From a virus: a DNA stretch of 64,000 nucleotides. The notes beneath the pieces are model-generated. The model had not been told where the DNA came from, made no database searches, and saw only the letters and a list, made by a program, of their open reading frames with translations. Shown here piece by piece: positions 37,321 to 43,509 of this stretch; the first letter of the stretch is position 1, and each line of letters begins with the position of its first letter. Position numbers and translations under genes: made by a program. Where the stretch lies: positions 42,263-106,262 of the IMG/VR virus record IMGVR_UViG_3300046804_004738, one strand, 5' to 3'.

Positions 37321-37524
37321 AGGTGCTTCCTCTCTGCGGCGGTAATTATACTGCATCAAGCACCAAGTAGTCCTAGCACCATCACACACAGCCTCCACCC
37401 GCTCCCCGACCAGAGAGGATTCTCGTATAGCCAACGCACTTTCGGTTAAAAGTGTACCACCCGTAGCTATCACACTACTTCTCATCGTGCGGGTCACACT
37501 ATCTGTTGATTAGACAGAACGTTC
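37321..37524 (-). ncRNA. Candidate ~200-nt structured RNA between tRNA-Asp and tRNA-Tyr
   Basis: GC-rich. Stems CCTCTCTG/CAGAGAGG, ACCCG/CGGGT, GTAG/CTAC, CACTTT/AAAGTG and TCTGT/ACAGA. Confidence 0.6.
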
Positions 37525-37601
37525 TGGCGACACCAAGGGGGTTCGAACCCCTGACCTCCGCCGTGACAGGGCGGCGTTCTGACCAGCTGAACTATGGTGC
37601 C
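37525..37601 (-). tRNA. tRNA-Asp(GUC)
   Basis: CCGCC-CT GTC AC-GGCGG. Confidence 0.93.
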
Positions 37602-37767
37602 AATGTTCTACACTCTGCTACTAACTTACTTTTTACAATTGTTAATCTTTTATTCCAAACATACTCACTATCTCTACATTCTTTTTCTGTAGCATATTTT
37701 GAGTATTGAGTATAGTTGTCAGGAAACTGTAGCCAAAATACTAATATCCATGTCATACAATTTCCCC

Positions 37768-37892
37768 TATATTAGTTTTGTAGCCTGCACTATATGCCTA
37801 ACTCAACAGCTTTACACGTGATTACTGTTTATTGTTTCGGTTACATAACGCCTGCGCCTGCCTCTGTGCTTACAGGCTACAAAACTAATATA
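37768..37892 (-). ncRNA. Long-stem RNA candidate (20-bp perfect terminal inverted repeat)
   Basis: TATATTAGTTTTGTAGCCTG...CAGGCTACAAAACTAATATA. Confidence 0.55.
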
Positions 37893-37900
37893 AAACATAT

Positions 37901-37989
37901 TGAAACACACTAGGGGATTCGAACCGCCTCACTGTCGGCATCGGACAGCATTACCACCCGTCGTGCGCCCTTCGGCTTAGTGTGCTTCA
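37901..37989 (-). ncRNA. tRNA-like RNA without CCA end
   Basis: TGAAGCACACTA/TAGTGTGTTTCA closing stem, D-loop-like TGGTAATGC and T-loop GGTTCGAATCC. Confidence 0.55.
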
Positions 37990-37992
37990 TTA

Positions 37993-38069
37993 TGGTGCCT
38001 GTTCCTGGACTTGAACCAGGGACTCCCACCTTATCAAGATGGTACTCTGACCAACTGAGTTAAACAGGC
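37993..38069 (-). tRNA. tRNA-Ile(GAU)
   Basis: CCATC-TT GAT AA-GGTGG. Confidence 0.92.
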
Positions 38070-38073
38070 AATT

Positions 38074-38149
38074 TGGCACACCCAACCGGATTCGAACCGG
38101 TGTTGCTACCGTGAAAGGGTAAAGTCCTAGGCCTCTAGACGATGGGTGC
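38074..38149 (-). tRNA. tRNA-Glu(UUC)
   Basis: TTACC-CT TTC AC-GGTAG. Confidence 0.92.
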
Positions 38150-38162
38150 ATAAAACTTAAAT

Positions 38163-38217
38163 TGTTAAAGAATCAAAAATAATCAGACATTGTATCTCGT
38201 TTTGGATTTAATGTCAA
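38163..38217 (-). promoter_or_regulatory. sigma70 promoter with boxA-like site
   Basis: TTGACA-17-TACAAT (38217-38189), then GATTCTTTAACA (38174-38163). Confidence 0.7.
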
Positions 38218-38221
38218 CTAT

Positions 38222-38578
38222 TTAAAGTGTTACCCAGAAGAAACCGTTCCAGCATTCTACTTTATCGGTATCTTCATTGTATCTGATCTCATTGATGTTA
38301 AGTGTTTGTGGGATAGAATCTTTTTCTTTTAGGTAACGCATATGTGCAGTTTTTGAATTATGTATTTCATACATTTTCTTATTTACTTTTACAGTATAAA
38401 GATTTTTGCCCATAAGTGTACAACCTCGGCCCCAGATGCATAGACCGCTACCATATTCGTCCACAACTACTTTCATAACTCTCCCGCGTTCGTGACCTGA
38501 TCTGGGAAATTTTTGATGATAAACAAAATGATATCCCTGTTTCATTAAATTATCAATTTGTGCAAGTGTCATCTTCAT
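38222..38578 (-). CDS. Hypothetical protein
   Basis: Start re-called downstream of the promoter TTGACA-17-TATACT (38637-38609). Confidence 0.6.
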   Translation of the reverse strand: MKMTLAQIDNLMKQGYHFVYHQKFPRSGHERGRVMKVVVDEYGSGLCIWGRGCTLMGKNLYTVKVNKKMYEIHNSKTAHMRYLKEKDSIPQTLNINEIRYNEDTDKVECWNGFFWVTL

Positions 38579-38642
38579 GACTAATGACCTATCAATAAAG
38601 AAATATGAAGTATAGCACCGAAATGATTTAATGTCAAATGTT

Positions 38643-38718
38643 TGGTGGAGGTGACAGGGATCGAACCCGCGACCTACGGCTTGCAAAGCCGCCGCTCTCC
38701 CAACTGAGCTACACCCCC
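38643..38718 (-). tRNA. tRNA-Ala(UGC)
   Basis: TT TGC AA loop, G3:U70. Confidence 0.93.
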
Positions 38719-38722
38719 AAAC

Positions 38723-38797
38723 TGGTCCGGCTGCCAGGAATCGAACCTGGATCAGAGGCTTAGAAGGCCACTGTACTATCCATTGTACTACAGCCAG
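38723..38797 (-). tRNA. tRNA-Arg(UCU)
   Basis: CT TCT AA loop, CCA. Confidence 0.9.
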
Positions 38798-38800
38798 ATA

Positions 38801-38835
38801 ATGCAGAGTATATCAATACTCTGCATTTTTGTCAA
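38801..38835 (-). promoter_or_regulatory. sigma70 promoter overlapped by an 11-bp inverted repeat
   Basis: TTGACA-17-TATACT with ATGCAGAGTAT/ATACTCTGCAT. Confidence 0.75.
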
Positions 38836-38836
38836 C

Positions 38837-39397
38837 CTAAGACTGTAGAATCCTACTATGCTTCGGCACCCCACTTATCAAGTATTCCATTTGGTCAGCT
38901 AGAATGTTTCTATTTTGCAAAATCATACTTTCAAAGTGATTTGGTTCATAAGGCACATAAAGTAATTCCATTCTTGCTTCCTTTAGTGTCTTATTATCTT
39001 TTTTGTTATTGCAACTAGTACATGCAGTAACAACATTCATCCAAATGTTTACGCCACCTCTGCTTTTAGGCAGAATGTGATCACGGCTCAAATGACTACT
39101 ATTACTGAAATGTCCACCACAATATGCGCAAACATGACGATCACGACCAAACAATGTTTTGTTTGTTAATGCAACTTTGCCGTGTCTGCTAGGATCAAAA
39201 CCATGTCCCTTGATAGCAATAATACTAGGCGTTTCAATGTAACTCATGCGTCCATCATTTTGGACACCACCACGAAACTTAGCTACTACTTCACCTAGCG
39301 ACCATGCAACCATATCTTTCGCATGATATGTAATTGCATTTTCGTGCGAGATCCACTGTCTAGGGATTCCGCCGATATCTAACGCTAGAACCGACAT
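38837..39397 (-). CDS. HNH endonuclease
   Basis: RDRHVCAYCG...DHILPKSRGG...NVVTACTSCNNKK. Confidence 0.92.
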   Translation of the reverse strand: MSVLALDIGGIPRQWISHENAITYHAKDMVAWSLGEVVAKFRGGVQNDGRMSYIETPSIIAIKGHGFDPSRHGKVALTNKTLFGRDRHVCAYCGGHFSNSSHLSRDHILPKSRGGVNIWMNVVTACTSCNNKKDNKTLKEARMELLYVPYEPNHFESMILQNRNILADQMEYLISGVPKHSRILQS

Positions 39398-39448
39398 GAT
39401 ACTCTCCTTATAAGTTTAATGTATTTAGACACTCTAAAATTTAAAGTG

Positions 39449-39622
39449 TATGATAAAGCAAACTAGTACCGCCTTATCGGTGCGATTCATATTATTAAGC
39501 TAATTTGCTTTATCATTCCCGTTTTACTATGCTGTTACCGCCAGCGTTTTCATCAGGGGCTCCGCCCGTTTACGGCATGTTTTAAGTGCGCCGTTGAGAC
39601 CTCGTTTCTCTCACACCTAAAC
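39449..39622 (-). ncRNA. Candidate structured RNA(s)
   Basis: Multi-hairpin GC-rich segment plus a 17-bp closing stem (39449-39517), downstream of TTGACA-18-TAGAAT. Confidence 0.5.
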
Positions 39623-39625
39623 GTG

Positions 39626-39775
39626 TTAAGATTCTAACACGTTATCATCTTTATTGTCAACCTTTTCAGTAAAACCATAGAATTCTCTAATTCTTTCAAA
39701 CTTTTCAGTTATCAATTTATTAAGTTGTTCATCTGATAATATATGGTTGTCAATAGTATCTTTTTGATAATTCAC
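39626..39775 (-). CDS. 49-aa hypothetical protein (not in ORF track)
   Basis: GTG start with GGAG upstream. First ORF after the attenuator. Confidence 0.45.
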   Translation of the reverse strand: MNYQKDTIDNHILSDEQLNKLITEKFERIREFYGFTEKVDNKDDNVLES

Positions 39776-39796
39776 CTTTCGTTCTCCATATAAAGT

Positions 39797-39830
39797 AAAA
39801 AACCCTGGGACTTTTTGAGTACCAGGGTTT
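39797..39830 (-). terminator. Attenuator terminator
   Basis: AAACCCTGG-TACTCAAAAAGTC-CCAGGG-TTTTTT. Confidence 0.85.
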
Positions 39831-39850
39831 AGATAATCTTACTATGAAAC

Positions 39851-39976
39851 TTACTTACCTAAACCCCCACAGCCCTCAATAATATTACGGTCACTTGTTA
39901 AGGCATAAAACCCTACAGGTAGCCATGCCAATATCATTGACTGTTTTCTGGTTATATGCGTACAAAAGTTTTTCAT
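39851..39976 (-). CDS. Putative attenuator leader peptide containing all 20 amino acids (not in ORF track)
   Basis: MKNFCTHITRKQSMILAWLPVGFYALTSDRNIIEGCGGLGK*. The 3' end GGGTTTAGGTAA pairs with TTATCTAAACCC, which overlaps the terminator 5' arm. Confidence 0.8.
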   Translation of the reverse strand: MKNFCTHITRKQSMILAWLPVGFYALTSDRNIIEGCGGLGK

Positions 39977-40005
39977 AGTAATTCTATTTAGTCCTGTAAT
40001 TTAAA

Positions 40006-40034
40006 AGTATACTTTTTATAGTAAAAAATGTCAA
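40006..40034 (-). promoter_or_regulatory. sigma70 promoter for the leader (plus TAAATA at 39990-39985)
   Basis: TTGACA-17-TATACT. Confidence 0.85.
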
Positions 40035-40036
40035 TA

Positions 40037-40537
40037 TTATATTTGCCCACTAATTTGTTTCAATTCTTTTAACATTTTTGTAACCGAACCTACTATATTT
40101 AAATCATCCTCTGAAATAAACTGTATTATATCTTTATCATCAACAATACACAATACTCTTGTTAACCTATCCTCAGTAAAAGCTAGGTCTAGTTTGTTTG
40201 CTAAACTTACATGAGGCTGTGGATTATCAGTAAAAATATACAAGCTTGGGGTACCTGCTTTCTGACTTATAATACTCCAAGCTGCATCAGCAAAACCTCT
40301 ATCTGTAGAGCCAATAAATAGAATAATTCCGTTCTTTGCTAATAATTGAGATATATTGTGGAAACCTATTAATTCTTCAGGATGTACATATGTAAAATTA
40401 TTTGGATAAAAAACAAAAATTTTCCATACGCCCTCAAAGGTTTTTTCATTCACTAGTTTTCTAGCATTAGAATTGGACTCATTTGGTTTAGTGCAATTGA
40501 TTGCATATGGTCCTACGACATCACCTGTATTTTTCAT
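40037..40537 (-). CDS. AhpC/peroxiredoxin-like protein lacking the peroxidatic Cys
   Basis: WKIFVFYPNNFTYVHPEEL versus canonical FYPxDFTFVCPTE. Confidence 0.7.
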   Translation of the reverse strand: MKNTGDVVGPYAINCTKPNESNSNARKLVNEKTFEGVWKIFVFYPNNFTYVHPEELIGFHNISQLLAKNGIILFIGSTDRGFADAAWSIISQKAGTPSLYIFTDNPQPHVSLANKLDLAFTEDRLTRVLCIVDDKDIIQFISEDDLNIVGSVTKMLKELKQISGQI

Positions 40538-40545
40538 AAAAGTAT

Positions 40546-40728
40546 TTATTCAGATATTTTTCCCCAGTTCAGTTTTAACCACGCACGTTCATGTATGTAA
40601 TGAGCGATTGTCATGAAGATATTAATTACAATTGCTCCGCTCAGTCCTGTCCAAATTGCTGTAACTAATGTTGCTACTATTCTCCATGTTATTGCTCTTA
40701 TAATTGTTCTTTTGTGCGTTTCGGTCAT
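40546..40728 (-). CDS. DUF2061-like small membrane protein
   Basis: ETHKRTIIRAITWR...YIHERAW. Confidence 0.75.
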   Translation of the reverse strand: MTETHKRTIIRAITWRIVATLVTAIWTGLSGAIVINIFMTIAHYIHERAWLKLNWGKISE

Positions 40729-41120
40729 TTTGTTAATATTCCTAATTGTCTATATCCACGATATGTTGGATGTACCTTATCCGGTGATAGTTCTGGTATA
40801 ATAATAAATGTATCGCCATAATGCCTAGCAATTTTTTTTACTATTTCTTGTTTTTCTGGTTTAATGGCAGGAACTATCCAAAATATTTGATCTGAATTTA
40901 CGAAACTTCTTAGGGCAACAAGTTCTATTTCAGTGTTTAGATTTTTAAAATCATTACTACCTAAACTAATAATTGTAGTTTTAGCAGGTTTAATTTTCTT
41001 AACGTAGGAATCATTCCAATCACGACTATTAATACCGCTTTGAGCATAAGCTACACATTCTGTACGAATTTGGCTTATTCCTTTTGCTATACTATCACCA
41101 AGAATAAGGCACTCTATCAT
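40725..41120 (-). CDS. SGNH/GDSL hydrolase-like protein
   Basis: GDS, SLGSND and DKVHP blocks. Confidence 0.8.
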   Translation of the reverse strand: MIECLILGDSIAKGISQIRTECVAYAQSGINSRDWNDSYVKKIKPAKTTIISLGSNDFKNLNTEIELVALRSFVNSDQIFWIVPAIKPEKQEIVKKIARHYGDTFIIIPELSPDKVHPTYRGYRQLGILTK

Positions 41121-41548
41121 TGTTCGGACAAATATTTGTCTAGGGCTTTTTGATAACGATTCGCATGTGATCTTTCTGCTTTTGCTAAAGTTTCAAACCA
41201 ATCAGCAATTTCATCAAACCCTTCATCACGTGCAGTTTTTGCCATACCTGGATACATGTCAGAATACTCATGTGTCTCACCTGCAATTGCTGCTTCTAAC
41301 ATTTGTCGTGCAGACTTTGCTGGCATATCGGTACCAGGTTCACCTGCCCCACCTTCAATTAAATATTCCATATGACCATGTGCGTGACCAGTCTCACCTT
41401 CAGCAGTAGAGCGGAATAGTGCAGCAAGATCATTTTCACCCGCAATGTCGCATTGATTTGCAAAATATAGATAACGTCGGTTTGCCATTGATTCTCCTGC
41501 AAATGCTTCTTTTAAACATAATGCTGTTTTAGATCCTTTGATATTCAT
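41117..41548 (-). CDS. Rubrerythrin family protein
   Basis: AFAGESMANRRY...ETGHAHGH...ETHEYSDMYPGMA..AERSH. Confidence 0.92.
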   Translation of the reverse strand: MNIKGSKTALCLKEAFAGESMANRRYLYFANQCDIAGENDLAALFRSTAEGETGHAHGHMEYLIEGGAGEPGTDMPAKSARQMLEAAIAGETHEYSDMYPGMAKTARDEGFDEIADWFETLAKAERSHANRYQKALDKYLSEQ

Positions 41549-41642
41549 ACATTCTCCTTTGATAAAAATACTGTATATTATAATCTAGGTATTTATATTT
41601 TTGAAATTGTTTGGGAAAAATAGTATACATGTAAATAGTATT

Positions 41643-42554
41643 ATGAACACTTTTGTATTAAATCCAAACGTTTACGATGTGGTATTTCTTAGTTATGACG
41701 AACCAAACGCAGACGAAAACTATGGACATCTGTTATCAATTAAACCAAAAGCCAAAAGAATACATGGGGTAAAGGGTAGTGATGCTGCGCATAAAGCGGT
41801 TGCAGAAATAACAAAAACTGATAGAGTCATTATAATTGACGGTGATAACAAAATTAATCCAAACTTTTTTGGTAATAATGTTTACACAAAACCACACTTT
41901 GACTGGACTGATTATGTTTTTAGCTGGAGCAGCTACAACCCAACAAATGGAAATTGTTACGGTAATGGCGGTATTAAATGTTGGCCAGTTCACCTACTTA
42001 AAGAAATGCGTACTCATGAGGTAGGTGATAGTGTTGACTTCCAATTAGATAAATATCTTGAATTAAATAAAATAGGAAGTGACACAATAATAAATGCTAG
42101 TCCATTACAAGCTTTTCGTGCAGGATTTCGTGATGGCATGAAACTATTAGAGAGTGGTGACAAAGATTTTGAAAAGTTAGATTGGCGAAACCGCGAAAGA
42201 CTTTATAATTGGATGCACATAGGTAGTGATGTAAAATTTGGGTTATGGGCAATATATGGTGCAAGATTGGGTGCATTCATGTTATTACGCGGGCATGACA
42301 TAAAAATATTAAATGACTTTGACAAAATAAATGAAGTGTTTGAAACATATAGTGGTATTGCAAATGTAAATTTAATGGAAGAATGCAATAAGATAGGTAG
42401 AACTTTTATTAGCAAGTATGTACATGATGTACTATTCCCTGATCAAAGTATAGAAGTAAAGGCAAATTATGAGCCTCCAATTCGTAGTGCAGAAGAATTC
42501 TTAGCAGGTAAAACAAAGGAAGATATTGACAAATTTTATGCAAGTCCCGTTTGA
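41643..42554 (+). CDS. Glycosyltransferase-like protein
   Basis: FLSYDEPNA, IIDGD and AFRAGFRDG motifs. Start ATG 41643. Confidence 0.65.
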   Translation: MNTFVLNPNVYDVVFLSYDEPNADENYGHLLSIKPKAKRIHGVKGSDAAHKAVAEITKTDRVIIIDGDNKINPNFFGNNVYTKPHFDWTDYVFSWSSYNPTNGNCYGNGGIKCWPVHLLKEMRTHEVGDSVDFQLDKYLELNKIGSDTIINASPLQAFRAGFRDGMKLLESGDKDFEKLDWRNRERLYNWMHIGSDVKFGLWAIYGARLGAFMLLRGHDIKILNDFDKINEVFETYSGIANVNLMEECNKIGRTFISKYVHDVLFPDQSIEVKANYEPPIRSAEEFLAGKTKEDIDKFYASPV

Positions 42555-43509
42555 AAAAATAGTGAGATTTGGTCAGCGCACTATGTTACAAGATCCACTA
42601 TTTTCAGTGAGTTGGATACTTGGAAGATTTTGTAATTATAAATGCAGTTATTGTTGGCCTTACGCCAATTCAAGTACTCCAGATTACGAATCATTAGACG
42701 TATACAAACACGCAGTAAATCAAATAAAATTACAAGCTAGACAAAACAAATTTACTAAATTTCATTGGTCATTCAGTGGCGGAGAGCCAACTGCTTATAA
42801 ACATTTACTTGAATTACTGAAACATTTGGAAGATGGTATAACTCCTTACCAAAGCATACATATGACTACTAATCTAAGTCCAAGTAAAAAATGGTGGAGT
42901 AACTGGAATATGGCTACTGAATTATTTCAACGTAAATCGATCACTGCAAGTTTTCACAGTGAATTTGCAGATGAAAATCAATTTGCTGAAAAATGTTTAC
43001 ATTTAATGAGTGAAAATGTTTATGTAACCATTAATCAAGTAATGGTTCCTAGTCAGTTTTACCAATTATATGAAAGATGTCAAAGATTTGTAGACAAAGG
43101 AATTAACGTAACATTGAAGCCACAAAGCAATGAAACTGCAAGTGCAATTGTTGAGGGGTATACAAATGAAATGATTGAGATAATGCAAAACGGATTCCCA
43201 CAGAGAATAAATGAACAAGATTTGTATCAAATTGCATTATATGACAAGTACGACAATGAATATCTTTTTGATCAGGCTGAAAGATTTAATGCATATGGAT
43301 TTAACCAGTTTAGAGATTGGCATTGTAATGGTGGCTATCAAAGTGTTATAATAAGAGGCTCAGAAGTAAAGCGTGGGTACAGTTGTAATGAAAAAAATTT
43401 AGGCACACTACAGAAAGGTTTTAGTTTATTCACTAAGCCTGTTTTATGCATAACAAATAGATGCGTCAGTAGTGCTGATAGTAAAATACCAAAAATAAAA
43501 TATGAATAA
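42538..43509 (+). CDS. Radical SAM protein
   Basis: CNYKCSYC, SGGEPT, C-terminal Cys cluster. Confidence 0.9.
   Translation: MQVPFEKIVRFGQRTMLQDPLFSVSWILGRFCNYKCSYCWPYANSSTPDYESLDVYKHAVNQIKLQARQNKFTKFHWSFSGGEPTAYKHLLELLKHLEDGITPYQSIHMTTNLSPSKKWWSNWNMATELFQRKSITASFHSEFADENQFAEKCLHLMSENVYVTINQVMVPSQFYQLYERCQRFVDKGINVTLKPQSNETASAIVEGYTNEMIEIMQNGFPQRINEQDLYQIALYDKYDNEYLFDQAERFNAYGFNQFRDWHCNGGYQSVIIRGSEVKRGYSCNEKNLGTLQKGFSLFTKPVLCITNRCVSSADSKIPKIKYE

Noticed and set aside
26088-38686. Track ORFs overlapping tRNA genes (e.g. 26088-26300, 27519-27716, 27556-27759, 37279-37497, 37506-37709)
   Set aside because: They are translations of tRNA or ncRNA sequence with no SD or protein motifs.
39518-39615. 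Hammerhead ribozyme (CTGATGA and GAAAC both present on the minus strand)
   Set aside because: The flanks of the two core motifs do not form stems I and II in any permutation I could build.
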